Part shown: piece after piece, positions 43,402 to 57,700 of the stretch
Layout: every line of letters starts with the position of its first letter
Numbering within the stretch: the stretch's first letter is position 1
Assembly: GCA_965153355.1 (NCBI GenBank)
Contig: OZ231126.1
Location: 20,150,001-20,214,000 of the forward strand
Reading direction: 5' to 3'
DNA length: 64,000 nucleotides
DNA from: Flaccisagitta enflata
Lineage: Eukaryota
The notes under the pieces: generated by a model
What the model saw: the letters and a program-made list of their open reading frames with translations, nothing else
What the model was told of the DNA's origin: nothing
The model's database searches: none
Made by a program: the position numbers and the translations under genes

Positions 43402-45207
43402 ATGTCACTTTGGACCAAGGCAATAAACGCCGTCGGAGCGTTGACCAATCAGAATGGCGACACGCGAGGGGAGGAAGATTCGTCCAATGAGCGTCGAGAA
43501 CGCGATCTCAGCCGGCGCGAAAAGTATCTCCGGAAATCGTCGCGCGCGAGTTTGAGAAGCAGTCGACGAAGAGTTGCCGAGTGGCTCGAGGTCTGCATCT
43601 TGTTGCTGTTGTGATGTGACGGTGGTTGGCAAAACCCGGCCAATAGTCAAACGAAATGATATCAAATCTGGTTTATTGAACTTTACAGTAGGTTCTTTAA
43701 AAAGAAATCAGGCAGAGGAATGTCGCGGAATGGGGGATGGAGGATAAGTCTGGTTATGGGGTGGGGGTGGGTAGTAACTAGTAAGGCGGATATGGTACTG
43801 GCATGATTCGAGGTTCGCCGGGCCAACTATAAGAAATATGTCCACACTTTGTCACATCAGTTTATCACTGATTTAAAGAGAAAAATATATCTATGGGTGT
43901 TTTAGTACTTTTGTTCAGTTCATGCGCCATAGAAATAGCATTTCATCATTCCAGAGTGAGAAACATCTCTGTATGTAAGTGTAAAATCAGTGTGACAGGG
44001 TGTGGACATATTTCTTATAGTTGGCCCGGCGAATCTCGAATCTTGCCTACTATCACACTATGACTATGGTATGCTTGTACAGTATATGTCGGGGTGCAAA
44101 TGAAGATGAAATTTCGGTTTCAGTCTCTTCTTGTAACTATATTTATAATTATTTTATGATTATTTTGATGAAATTTGTAATTTTAAAGTTTAATATTTTT
44201 CTATAAGTAAAAGAAACCCTAGTATAATAAAGGCATAGCTTTGTTCAATTGACTAAGACAAGAAAGAATCACTGGGAATAATAGATTCCTTAAAAATAGT
44301 AGAGCAAAAATTCAAAACCTACGAAGGGAAAATTCTAAGACTTGAACAAAATAAACAATTTTGCATTTCTAAGAACATGGCCCTCATCTTATATGTTCTT
44401 AGAATGAGGCCATGTTTTTGAAAATGCAAAACTTTGAATATAGAGAGAGTCTCAGAATTTTCCCTAACACAAGTCAAGTTGCAAAATTAAATTTTCTTTA
44501 GATTTCCTTCTTTTTTCTCCTCTTTTTACTTGCCCAGCACCCTTTCTCTCATCTGCAAATGATTTTCTATGCAAAACTAAATACAATATTACATAACAAT
44601 CATATTCTTTGATGAAAAAAATCTGAATTTGTCAAATTTAGAATATTGAAAAAAATGTTTCGACTCTTCAAATTTGGTCTTCGTTTGCACCTCGACATAT
44701 ACATATATAACTGCAGCTGACTGAAGATGTAATAGATAGTATAGTTGTCCGCTTTATCAATGCAAGGATTTTCCATTGGATCAAGCGCAAATTGTGCGCC
44801 AGACAAACAATGACGGTAACGACAATATCGGAACTTGCAATGACGGAAGCGACTCAAGTTACGAGAACGACGCGGCAAACGCAAATCGTAACCCAGTCGT
44901 GCAAGCGAGAAAGCTGAGACACGCCGTTGACGGCAATAGTAATGGCCGAAAAGTATACAATGACAAGTCAAGTCAGCCGAACGACAATGAGAACAACGCC
45001 CAGAATGAGGCCGGCGCTCGTCTTCGGCGCCGCCGCGGCCAGCAAGAGAACAGCGTGGCCTCATTCTCAAGCCGCAGCCGCGGGCAGGATGGTACGCGAC
45101 AACATCCAAGATATCCGCCACGTCGAAGCACGCGAATGTCCAACTACCACCAGCATGAAGAAGGCGCCGATGATGATGTGGTCGACGTGTGCTCAGGTTG
45201 AGAGAAA

Positions 45208-45280
<73 letters not shown>

Positions 45281-45382
45281 ATGCAAACAGGCACAGAAAC
45301 AGAAACAGTTTTAAAGACATACCAATAAAGGCGGCTAATCGCCGTAGGAAAAAAGTCGTAAATGCTGAGAGATGAGAGAGAG

Positions 45383-45474
<92 letters not shown>

Positions 45475-46451
45475 ATAACACAGGGTATCAAGGGTATCGT
45501 TGTGGACAGGGGCATCCAACCCCATCCACACCCAGACCCCCCCACACAAGTATCTAGACCGCTTGTTTTTCCACTTTTCCAATTGGATGGACAGACGGAC
45601 CAACAGACCGATGGATGGACTGACAGACAAAGCCTCTCATAGAGTCCGGAGTTGAAATGAGAGAGAAAATGTGCTGCCAGGATGCATAATTATCACCTAG
45701 GACATTTAAAAGTTCAAACAGACTTCAACTAACTCGATTCCTCGTTTTTTGGGAAAACGCGAAAAATGCGGAAAAATAAAAAAAGATTCAAAAATTCATA
45801 GCTCCAAAACTATTGATCGCACAGAATTCTGCTTGGCGTCATCTTAAAGAGGAGAATTAGCTCTTTCTTAGCTATTAATTTCATGCGTAGTCCCATTCAG
45901 CTCCAGAAAAGCAGCAACTTTCTCAAACGCTTCATGAGAAAAAGGGAAAATAACTTTTCTTCGCGGAAATCAAAAAGTCTTCGAATCTTCGAATCTCGAC
46001 TTTTTTCCAAACGAATTACGAAAGGACAGGCGGAGAAAGTGCAAGTGGCATACAAACAGGGAGCAAGTCAGAAAGACATACCGAAACAGCCAATCAGAAA
46101 CACACGCGCATGACTGGCAGACAGAAAGACTTCGCATCTCCTTATCTACTAAATCCTCATTTCATTTACTTGTCCGCTCGTTAGTAACGGTGAAAAACAG
46201 TTCATCGCCGACTCCTACAAAAAGTCAAGCATCGGGAGCTCGTCGTACACCATCTCCACGTCCCATTCCCAACATGCTCGATGCGAAGCGAATTGATTTT
46301 GTACTCGCAGTGGCAGGTATTTCTATGATTGTGTGCGAACTATCGCATGCCTCAGGCTCAGCGTGTATGCGTGCGTGCACCCCCATGCACTATGTCTGCC
46401 TACCAATAAAGGCGGCTAATCGCCGTAGGAAAAAAGTCGTAAATGCTGAGA

Positions 46452-46544
<93 letters not shown>

Positions 46545-46545
46545 G

Positions 46546-46576
<31 letters not shown>

Positions 46577-47141
46577 TAACACAGGGTATCAATATCGTTG
46601 TGGACAGGGGCATCCAACCCCATCCACACCCAGACCCCCCCACACAAGTATCTAGACCGCTTGTTTTTCCACTTTTCCAATTGGATGGACAGACGGACCA
46701 ACAGACTGATGGATGGACTGACAGACAAAGCCTCTCATAGAGTCCGGAGTTGAAATGAGAGAGAAAATGTGCTGCCAGGATGCATAATTATCACCTAGGA
46801 CATTTAAAAGTTCAAACAGACTTCAACTAACTCGATTCCTCGTTTTTTGGGAAAACGCGAAAAATGCGGAAAAATAAAAAAAGATTCAAAAATTCATAGC
46901 TCCAAAACTATTGATCGCACAGAATTCTGCTTGGCGTCATCTGAAAGAGGAGAATTAGCTCTTTCTTAGCTATTAATATCATGCGTAGTCCCATTCAGCT
47001 CCAGAAAAGCAGCAACTTTCTCAAACGCTTCATGAGAAAAAGGGAAAATAACTTTTCTTCGCGGAAATCAAAAAGTCTTCGAATCTTCGAATCTCGACTT
47101 TTTTCCAAATTAGTATTAATTTTGAATCTTGAAACGTACTG

Positions 47142-47227
<86 letters not shown>

Positions 47228-48331
47228 TGTGTGTGTGTGTGTGGAACGATTCGTGTCAAGATAAAAGTACACGGAAAAGTTCGACGAATTAGATTCCATT
47301 GGCCGTTGCCCCAACATTACGTCCCGTGAAACGCCCCAAACTTCGACTATGGCTCTCACCAATCTTACCACAGTTGATGCTTCGTAAAAAAATATTCCAT
47401 GCCAAATTTTGGGCCTCTGAGATAGCAGGAACCTTCGTCAGGGTGAGATTGAAGTTTGTATTGAATTAGCATTGGAATCAATATTTTTATTATGCAAATT
47501 TTGTCTCTGCCTAACAAAGGTTCCTGCACTTACAGAGGCCTGAAATTTTGCATAGGATATTTTTTTACCAAGCCTCAACCATAGTAAGATTGGTGAGAGT
47601 CAATGTCGAAGTTTGGGGCGCTTCATGGGACGTACCCAACATAAGTAATTGTTATCAAGTACGTCTCCAACATCAGGAACCATGGCTGGAATCGCTGGCA
47701 TCATTCTAATTTGGAGAGCGTCGAAAATATCGCAAATGGAACCGTTTCCAGCTTTGAAGATCACGGCTGGTAATAGTTGTAAATTTCTACTTTTGTTGGA
47801 TGGAGCACTGAAAAAATTAGAATGGAAGAAAGACCTTTTTGACCAGTTGTAGCACGTTACAAGAAAGAAAACCAATGTTATACGTTCAAATAGCAATTTT
47901 CCGTCAACAAGCCAACGTGCTCCATGCCTTCTCCATGCTTTTAACCGATTCAAGCCGTCGTCTCTGCTCAGTGTTGAGGTTTTTATCGTTCAATTCCAAA
48001 TGTTTCAGACGAAGATGACGAAATGTGGGCACCGTACGGATGTCCGAAGGCCATGGCCGAGGGCACGGACAAATGGGGTTTTCGTCAATGTATCGTCCCC
48101 GGCGGAAGACCCAAGAAGAGCGAGAGAGAACGCAAAATCAAAATTCTCAACGATTTAAAGAACAATCGTCAGGTACGGTCTCGTTGATCTAGGTTGAACG
48201 CGGCGTTTGATGCAGTGCTAATCTACTATGGTCTGTACTCAAGTCCGCATGAAAGTCCGTAATGTACGTAGCCATTTATCCTCAATTATCCTCGATTAAG
48301 TCATTTATCCTCAAGTCAGTTAAGTCAATTC

Positions 48332-48406
<75 letters not shown>

Positions 48407-48484
48407 CCCCCCCTCTCTCTCAGATAACGACCAAAGGGCTTGGCTTTTTGACAGAAAGGTCGAAGATGGAAGTGTGCACAGGGA
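43402..48484 (+). CDS. 5' part of a multi-exon gene (Asn/Asp/Arg-rich disordered N-terminus); remainder not seen in window
   Basis: Exons 43402-43590, 44767-45196, 48009-48172, 48424-48484 splice in frame (MSLWTKAINAVGAL...WLE-DFPLDQAQ...VCS-DEDDEMWAPYGCPKAMAEGTDKWGFRQCIVPGGRPKK...-ITTKGLGFL...). Last donor GTAAGT at 48485. Exon 2 needs an AAG acceptor. Confidence 0.6.
43800..44047. mobile_element. MITE with ~45-bp TIRs and 4-bp TSD (TACT)
   Basis: TACT|GGCATGATTCGAGGTTCGCCGGGCCAACTATAAGAAATATGTCCACAC ... GTGTGGACATATTTCTTATAGTTGGCCCGGCGAATCTCGAATCTTGCC|TACT. Confidence 0.85.
45320..47109. repeat. Two near-identical ~700-bp composite repeats (45320-46010 and 46401-47109); related copy at ~1137-1730
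   Basis: Both start TACCAATAAAGGCGGCTAATCGCCGTAGGAAAAAAGTCGTAAATG and end CTTCGAATCTCGACTTTTTCCAAA. Confidence 0.9.
47318..47634. mobile_element. Palindromic MITE with ~125-bp TIRs and 8-bp TSD
   Basis: CCCAACAT|TACGTCCCGTGAAACGCCCCAAACTTCGAC ... GTCGAAGTTTGGGGCGCTTCATGGGACGTA|CCCAACAT. Confidence 0.85.
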
Positions 48485-48854
48485 GTAAGTCGAAAACCAA
48501 AAAAAGAGATAATCAAATGAAATGTAGTAGTTTCACTGTAAAAAAAGACCAAAGTGGTCGGTTACCGACCACGTTGGATTACCTTGGGTACTTGTTCTAG
48601 TAACGTGGTCCTTTACACCTCCTTTACAAATCTTATGTGGATTACCTTTTCCCCCAAAAAAGTGGTCCTTGACGGATTACGAAAAATTTAAAGTGGTTCT
48701 TTGTCGCAAAAAGGGCGACGGGAGCCGCTTTAATTTTTTAAAAACAATCGTGGTCCGTAACGGACCACTTTCATCTTGTTGAAAACCATTTTTGCAAAGA
48801 AAGTGGTCCTTATAACAGACCACACATTTTTTTTTTGGGGCTGGGTCCCATATA

Positions 48855-49082
48855 AAGTGGTCCTTAACAAGACCATTTATTTCTTATATAATGGTCCTAC
48901 GTTCGACCACTTTCTTTCTTGATTCTGGATGGTACCTAAAAAAGTGGTCCTTTACAAGACCATTTATTTCTTATATAATGGTCCTACGTTCGACCACTTT
49001 CTTTCTTGATTCTGGATGGTACCTAAAAAAGTGGTCCTTTACAAGACCATTTATTTCTTATATACTGGTCCTTTACAAGACC
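48855..49082. repeat. 87-bp direct tandem repeat (~2.5 copies) in the subterminal region
   Basis: AAGTGGTCCTT(A/T)ACAAGACCATTTATTTCTTATATA... recurs at 87-bp spacing; seen in the ORF track as a repeated 29-aa string. Confidence 0.85.
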
Positions 49083-49901
49083 GCATATTTTTTTTTTCGG
49101 TCCGTCGGTCGGTTGGTTGGTTGGTTGGTTGGTTGGTCAGTCAGTTGGTTGGTCGATCGGCAGGTTGCTTGGTAGGTGAATCGGTTGGTCAGTCGGTTGG
49201 TTGGTCAATTGCTTGGTAGGTCAATCGGTTGGTCTGCTAGCCTGCCGGCCGGTCGGTTAGTGGGTTGGTTGGTTGGTTGGTTGGTTGGTGTGTCGGTCTG
49301 TTGGTTGGTGGGTCATTTGGTTGTTTAGTTTGTTAGGCGATATGTTGTAAAAAGCAAAAAAATTACTTTGCTGCTATGGCCAGTAAATAAAGAAAGAAAA
49401 AATTTAAAAGACTGAAAATTAGATGTAATAAAAACAAGGCCAAGTAGGGCAATAAGGTGCGCCGTGTGGATCGTTGAACGAATGCGTTACCCAACCAAAC
49501 AACCAACCAACCAACCAACCAACCAACCAATCGACCAACGGTCACACCCAGTTAAAGAGGTGCTTTGTCTTCCCAAAAAATAATGAAAGTTTTCCTTTGA
49601 ACCCAAAAGTTTGTAAAAAAATTAACCCCAAAAAAATTAACCCATAAATTTGGTCTGAGTGACCTGCTGTTGTTGTTGAATTATTTTCTGAGTGAGCTGA
49701 TGTTGTTGCCCAAAAAACAAAAAAAAAGTTGATGATTAAATTCCTGCATTTTTACTTTCACCCAATTTTCTTTAAAAAAGGAAATTTAAACATAACTTTG
49801 AAAGAAAAATTTTTTCAAGAAAAAATTTTCCAAAAAAGGAAAAAATTTTGAAAACAGCTTCAGGCTGCTTTTGTTTTTGGGTACTGCACCAAACAATTTT
49901 G

Positions 49902-50297
49902 TTTTTAGTCGCGTGCACGCGACTTTACAACCCGCTTTGTCGGTCGGTCCGTCCGTCCGTCGGTCCGTCACACTTTACTGTCACGCTTTACTTTTTTGTA
50001 CTATAACGTCAACTCTTAGGCCATTTTAAGTCATTTAAAGTAATTTATAGTTATTCTAAGTCATTTTGAGTCATTCTAAGTCATTTTAAGTCATTCTTAG
50101 TCATTTAAAGTCATTCTAAGTCATTCTTAGTCATTTAAAGTCATTCTAAGTCATTTTTGGTCATAAGGTTTTTTAGTCATTTTAAGTCAATTTTGGTCAT
50201 TTTAGGTCATTCTAAGTCATTGAAAGTCATTCTAAGTCATTGTAAGTCATTCTTTGTCTGTAAGTCTCGCACGCGACTTATAGGTGTTGGCCTTGTT
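49902..50297 (+). mobile_element. HINE-like element with 10-bp (TCATTCTAAG)n array; older copy at 53808-54176
   Basis: TTTTTAGTCGCGTGCACGCGACT, GTCC repeats, GCACGCGACT subTIR, GGCCTTGTT end. Confidence 0.8.
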
Positions 50298-51707
50298 CTT
50301 TTTGGAGAGGGAAAAAAAAAAATTTTCCATCATTTTTGTGTTTACTTCAACTGAAAAAAGGTCATATGCAACAAGTGTACCATCCAGAAAAAAATTTTTT
50401 TTCCTGTTTAACCAGAAACAATCGTAAGATTTTGTACCATTCTCGTTTTATTTTCCTTTTTCTTTTGTGGAGACTGCGGTCAGCGGTTTGTTTCTGTGTT
50501 TTAGTGTGTTTGTGTTTGAGTGTGTTTGTGTTTGCGGTGTGTGTGTGTGTGTGCGTGCATGTGTGTGTGTGTTTGTTGTGTGTATGTGTATGTGTGCGTG
50601 CCTGTGCGTGTTTTTTTTTTTTTGTTGTTGCTCCAATAACATGGAAAAAGGAAAAAATTGAAACAACAATTCTTAACTCAGAACCCCCCAATTTTTTTTT
50701 GGTTTAAGAAGGAGATAGGCAAAGATAAGGTAATAAGCCATCATTTATTGAATAAAAAAAAATTTGAAAAAAAAAACAAAAAAATGCCAAATTAGCAAAT
50801 CACAGAGAACCAAGATCACAACATATACGCAATGTTTAAAAAAAACTAAGGAACTTATCCCATTTCTAGTTTAAGGAAGATCGGACGTAAACAAAGCAAT
50901 TCAGTGTGTGTTAATTGAAAACGGAACAGAAGGTTCTAATGCTAGCTTGCATGATTATGGCACAGATGACGATAAAAGAAAGACAGTATAACGAAGCAGA
51001 TGTTTTTTGGATATGGATGATAAGGACACCTTGTAATGAAGAAATCAGTTAACTACTCTTTACTATATTGAATAAGAATGTACACAAGTTCTTTATTCTG
51101 TAAAAAATCTTTTCACCTCTTACTTTCACTTTGAGTTAAAAACCGTGTGTACTTTAACCGAAAACCTGATCGACATTTCTCAAAATTTTTTGTTTGGGGG
51201 GGTTGAAATTGCTCATTTTGACAAAAGGGTCATTCCTTTTTTCCTTTTTTTCCCCCCTCACATGCATGGTAATTATGTGCTCTTCTCTCCCCCCCACCAA
51301 ATAAAAAAGGTCTGTATGGGTTTTAATCATAAAACCTAAATAAAAAAAATAATACTGATCTGTTTAAACTTAAAAACAAAAAAAAAAAAAAAAAAAAATC
51401 CTTAAACCAGAAAGAAACTGTTTAACAAAAACATTTAAGTTTCCCACAAAAGGCAGGTCCAAGAAGTAGTATTTAACCATCTCACCTAATATAAAAAAAC
51501 TTTTTTCCAAAACTTTTTGTTTTTTTTTGTTCTTGTTTTTAAACAATTTTAGTCATCAATGTTTATCAATCACTGGTATGACTTCTAGAAATGGCATGGC
51601 AAACAACAAGGCCAAGTAGGACAATCATGAGCAAATTGACGCTTCATTGTACAAAGGTTGGCCACAAAAAAAAAAAAACGCGAAACCGTACATGTCCCAA
51701 AACTTAA

Positions 51708-54700
51708 CTAATCATTCTCTTCTTCCGAGTCAGACTCTTCTTCAGAGTTTGAAGAGGTCAAGGTTGTGTCTTTGCGATTTTTTCTTTCGTCATCGGTTGA
51801 CCAGGGGGAAGTCTGCGTGTTGCTCTCTTGTTGCTCGTCCTCGGATTCATCCTCATCATCAGGTATCATCTCAACCAAAGTTTCGGTCTCGAAACCTAGC
51901 TCTTGAACGGGTTTTGATTTTCGGCCTTTGTCTTTGTCTTTTTCTTTTCCGCCTTTGTCTTTGGATTTTCTGCCTTTGTCTTTTGATTTTCTGCCTTTGT
52001 CTTTGTCCATGGTGGGTCCGCCTACTCCGCGATATCTCACCGTGTCGATGTTTGTATCGGCCTAATGGGTGCAAGGTGCAGTAATTTAGAGAATTTACTT
52101 TTGCAAATTTTCACATAAACTGCGATAAATGTTTAAACAAAACATGTTAAGATTGACCAAGCAACCAATTCATCAACGTTGATCTATTTCTTGCTTTGTC
52201 AATCTGGAACCCCCTTTGTTTTTAAGAAAAAATTATTTCAATTTACTTGAAAATTTGCCCAAGTAAATACTCTAATGCTCTGACAGATACAACCGTACAG
52301 GTTATCAACAACAAGACCAATGTCCAAAAAAAAAAATTGTGAGCCATGTGCCCTACCTCTTGGTGACGCAAAGAGGGAAAGTTCGACCCCTTCTGGCAAC
52401 GTTCATCCAGGTCCAACTGCATTTGCCGCATATTCACCGCCCGAATTGGTTGGTTTCCTGTTGCTGTCATTCGAAGGCATGGTTGGCGGAGTACGATTCT
52501 GCATTGAAAGAGGTGGTGATGGAAAACCATTAAATAACAAGGCCAAGTAGGCCAATACGGTGCAACGTGTAGATCGTCGAACGAATGCGTTACAGACCAA
52601 CAGACGGACAGAGCCAATTATAGAGGTGCTTGGTCGCACCTAAAAATGTAATGTACATTTGCCATTCCTCTATCCATCCATTGACCCATCCATCCATGCA
52701 TCCATCTATCCATTCATCCATACATCAAATGACCTATACACCCATCCAATGACTATGCAGTCATACATCCATTCACTCATCCTCTCCCCCCCCTTCACTG
52801 TGAACGTACTGTGAAGGTACCTTCCCATCCCTTTTTAAAATCCTATGTCCATAAATACATCCCTCCAAATAAGTATTCAAAATTAAAAATCACATTGTTC
52901 CAACACATCACTCTTCAATCCGTTCATCCTAAAGAAAACAAAAAAAAACCCACCTATGTATCCATCCATGCAATCATCCATTCCTGTACTATAATCATAT
53001 CATGCTTTGAAATTCTCTTCATGAGTATTCATGAGTATTCATGAGTATTCATGAGATTTCATGAGTACGCTCACCTGCCAAGGAAAGTGTACTGCGCCAT
53101 GAAGTTGCGGCATAAAGCACCCATCACGTTTGTCTTGGGTCTTTTGGTCCTTGAACGTTGGTAATGGGCCTCCTTCTGCTTTTCTTCATCTTTCCTTTTC
53201 GCATCTGGCCCTTTAGTCCTCGTTATCTTGGCCAGAAGGTTTTCTCGCTTCATGAGTGGCAAGACGTACCATTTGATGAGGAGATCTGTCACAGCGTGTG
53301 GTATTTCCGTCCCATCAGGGTTGAATAACGGAACCTCCTCCACGACACAGTGCTCAGACAGTAGGGCCCCTTTGGCTTTCCCACGGTCAAAATCCCCTCC
53401 ATCAAGGGGGAAATCTTTTTGGGTTTTGGGAAATTGGGGCAGGGTAAAGGTGGATGGGGTAATAGGGTAATGAAAGTGAATAATTAGTATTGTAAATCAT
53501 CAATGTTGTATTTGTTAGCTACTCTAATTAACAAAAAAACTAATCTAAGACATAAGTTTTTTCAGGAATACAAAAAAAAGGGAAATAGAGGAAAAGGAAA
53601 CAGTTGTTGTACATACAATGGCGATGTAGTGTTGATGTACACACAAAGGCTAGTGTTGACCATACAGTCTGTATGTAAAATCTTGGATATTCATTTCTTT
53701 TCATATCTTAAACAATTCTACGTCTGATTACATGAATCAAGGGTAAGCTTTTACCCAGGCTCACCAAGATTGGGAAGCCGATTCTGTCAACCTGGTGCAT
53801 GCTTTGTTCTTAGTTGCGTGCACGCGACTCTACAACCCGGTTTAGTGCTCTGCCGTGCAACGGTGGGTTGGTCTGTTCCTTGGTCTGTCACACATTCCTT
53901 TTATGTACTATAACTTAAACTGTTAGGTAATTTTAAGTCATTTTAGTTCATTTTCAGTTATTAAAAGTCATTTTTAGTCATTCTAAGTAATTTTTACTCT
54001 TTTTTAGTCATGATAAGTCATTCTAAGTTATTTTTGGTAATTTTTTTTCAAAAGTCCTTTTTGGGCCTTTTTAGGTCATTTTAAGTACTTGAAAGTCATT
54101 CTAAGTCATTCTTAGTCATTGTAAGTCATTCTTAGTCTGCAAGTCTTGCAGGGGACTTTTAGGTGTTGGCCTTGTTTTCATTCCCCTTTCATATACAGCA
54201 ACTGCAGGACCTGGTTGCTCTCATGTTGCTTAGCATTGCTACCATGTTACCCTGAATCGGCTTCCTGGGTTCAAGTTGGTAAAACATTGTGTCCCTGATC
54301 TGCTTCACCACTGTGTATGCCAAAGAAAATATATTTCTTGGTTTTCATCATTCAAACCTACACTCGCTCAAGAAGAAATTTATTTTCTTTTTTCTTGGTT
54401 TTAATCATGTGAGGTTTTTTAAGAATGTCCTCACAATTGTATATGATCGTGTCCGTTGGTTGGTTGGTTGGTTGGTTGGTTGGTTGGTTGTTTGGTTGGT
54501 TGGTTTATTTATTGTTCATTGTGTTGGTTGGTTGGTCACCCTTAAAGAAAACCCCCAAAAAAAACGCTGAATATGAGATAGTTTTACATTCCTCCCACGT
54601 CCCATGATATACCACATTTTTTATTCATCCAAAATTTTTTTTTATTCATTCATTCATTCATTCATTCCTTCATCTCTTCAATCATTCATTCATTCATTCA

Positions 54701-57700
54701 TTCATATCCAATATCAATGCCTTTTTCAAGGAAAGACCAACTTATTGGCCTGCCCTTTTCACATTCTAGGTGATAAAAAATATCTAAGTCTAAAGAACAA
54801 TAAAGGTTAAGAGATTGAAATCCTTTTGGACCTATAATGGCAAAACGTAGAGTTCCCCCATATGCACCGAGCGGAAGATGGCTCAAGGGGCCTTGAGCTT
54901 CGGTCAACTTTTTTTTGGTTAGTGGGTAGGATAATGTATTGTTGCAGTAGGAAAGAATTCATATAGGTGTCATGCATAAATATTAGGGTGAATAAAAGAT
55001 ACCTATATCTACTTGGGCATGTTTCCAACTTTATTATCGATTGTGTTTGTTCAGCCATTACTAAATAGTGTGTACAAAGAAAAGGAAACTTTGTTTAATA
55101 GTGCTCTGATGTAACTCACCTGAAGAAACAATCTTTGCCCCTCGTATGTTTTGCCATCGGATTTCATCGCTTCCTAAAAAAAAGGAAAAGGAGTTGGGGA
55201 ATGATTAATCCTTTTTTTTATCTTAAAAGCAAAAGTATGACAGCGTTTGCACACTAAGTATGTACATATTTTTTTTCATGTCAAAAAAAACCTAAAAAAA
55301 AGTTTGGTTCATGTGAAGGATTTACATTTTTTTTGGGGATAATCAATACATCAAATTGTCTTCATGTTCTCACCTTGGACTGGTCGACAGCGTATTCGCA
55401 CACCTTGGCAGTCTTGAAATTTGTTCCCAGGGCCAGAACATTATGATGGACGAAGTCCCTCCCCTCCTTTCCATCGGTTTCGTCATATCGCTTTTTGGCA
55501 TCTTTGATAATGCGCGGCAAATAATAATCTGCAAACCGGCTCACCCGATCTCGCAATCCTTCAAAACCCATTGGCATAAAGCTGGTCATGTAATTGTTCA
55601 CGACGTATTTGGTCATCTTGGTGTAATCCTAAAAAGTGAAATTCATGCAGGACATTAGCCCTATTGAGGAAAACCCTTTTAGGTGCATGTTCACGTGTAG
55701 TTTTGCGAATGGGGGGCACATGGAGACAACCTATTTATAAAACCTCTCTCACCTGCGCAAGGGAAGGGAAGTGTGTCTTCATATTGTAAAAGTACTTTGC
55801 CACTCCCGCACAATAATGTTTCAGTTCTGGCGTCACTGCGCAGGCCAGTGCCAAACGCTGAAAAAAATGAAAATGGAAATTTCCAAATGTTACTCTCCCA
55901 CTAGTCTTCAATTCCCTTTCTCCAATTCTCTTTTTCTCTGTGGTGATGGGGGGGGGGAGTGTAAGAGAGAATAGGTGTCCAATTCTAACCAAATTAAAAG
56001 AAAAGCAGAGAAAAGAAAAACAGTTACTTTGAGTATGATGGGTTCATCCTAAATAACTTTACCATGAGCTTATCCTCCTCTTGATCGTAGCAGCCTGGGC
56101 TGTTCTCCATGTCCTTTATCATCCCAGCAAAGTCCTCGTCCGTACTGTCCAATACCCCAAAGTCAACACCGTTGTCCAACTTCAGTCGTTCGGAGGCTTC
56201 TTTGGGAATTAGGTTGTGTTTGCAATCGCGTTCGTTATACAGATCCCACTCCATTTTTGGTTGACGACCTAACAATAAAACGGAAAGATATCCTAATTAA
56301 TGCATTTGTGTACAATTTGGCAGAAGTGGTCATGTGAAAAACGGGGTGGTAATGGATGGAGGCATGGACTGATTTACTTCAAGCTGGCTAGTTGCTTTTC
56401 TTGGAATTAAAAACATGAGGTAAGACCATTCACACTTAATATATCTCCCTAAAAAATATACAGTTATTTCACTAATTTGTTTTGAACGTTACCAACCTGT
56501 TCCGGATGTTATGTTGGATTTCCTCCTCACTTTGCTTTGCTTCGTTGTGTTTAAATCCTGCGCCAATTTCCTACAAACTGATTGTTGATCCTTCATCGAG
56601 ACCCCAATAAAGAATCCCGGGTATCGCTTATCGAGCCAGTCAAAGAATGTCGTGACTCCGTCAACACCAGTAAACAGAAGGCGAACTTTTCCGGGAACAT
56701 CGAATCGATTTTTGCCTTGGTTTTTCTTCATGATTTCAACGAGGGAATCCTAGAAAGGGGGTTTAGGTAAGATTTTACTGGTTTTGTAAATGTAAACGTG
56801 AAATAATAATTGTTTTTCCTTTTTTAAAAGGAAAAAAAATAATTTCTCATTTACATTTACAGAACCAGTTAAATTATATTACATTACATAGTGATTCCCT
56901 ACTATCACTCACATTAAGCCCCAAGGATCTTCCCATCTTAATCCAGGCTTCTTCACGTGTTAAATCTGGAGATTTCTCTTTGACGAACTTCAAGGCGTTG
57001 TCGAAAGTCAAGGGTTCTCCTTGTAGGTGTGAGATGATGATTTCGATCCGGGGAAGTGCAACCTTTTCCCAAATCGAGTAAACCCACGCAAGGGGTTCTG
57101 TATAGGAAGAATTTGGGTAATGTTAAATAATTCATGGCTGCCTAGTTTGTGTGTGTGGTAAGGCTATGATAAAATGACAACCAGACTGAAAGGTACTTGA
57201 TTACAGTGGGTTTTGGATGTGGAGTTGTGGTCCTATAAAGGAAGTCTGAGCAAGTAAGAGAAAAAAGAAAAGGGACAAGGTAAGGATGTAAATGGTAAAA
57301 AATTTGGCTTCCCCTTGCAACCAACTTCTAAAGAAACCAAAGAAACTAAAGAAACCAAAGAAACCATAGAAACCAACCCGTGAAATCGTTCTTTGTCGGC
57401 ATTTCGGGTTGATACACAAATATGTCGTCGCTCTTCCGTTGATTTAACTTTGCGTAAATATACCCCTCTTGAAGTTTAACCACCATGGGCGTCTCCCCGC
57501 TTGGGAGGTCCATTCTGAGGAATTTCGCCCATTCGTAGATTTCCGGTTTTTTCTTGTCCTTTAGGAAGACATACAGGTTTTTACCCCCAATGTCTGTCTT
57601 CTGTTGGAGCCATTCGACGTGGACCTCGAATTTCTCGCCCAAATCAAAAGGTGGATATTCTTCGTCGATCTTTAGGTTATGCTTATGAATGTATTGCAGG

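Noticed and set aside
57196-57245. Possible micro-exon in the large minus-strand gene
   Set aside because: No donor/acceptor pair preserves the phase; flanking exons join directly.
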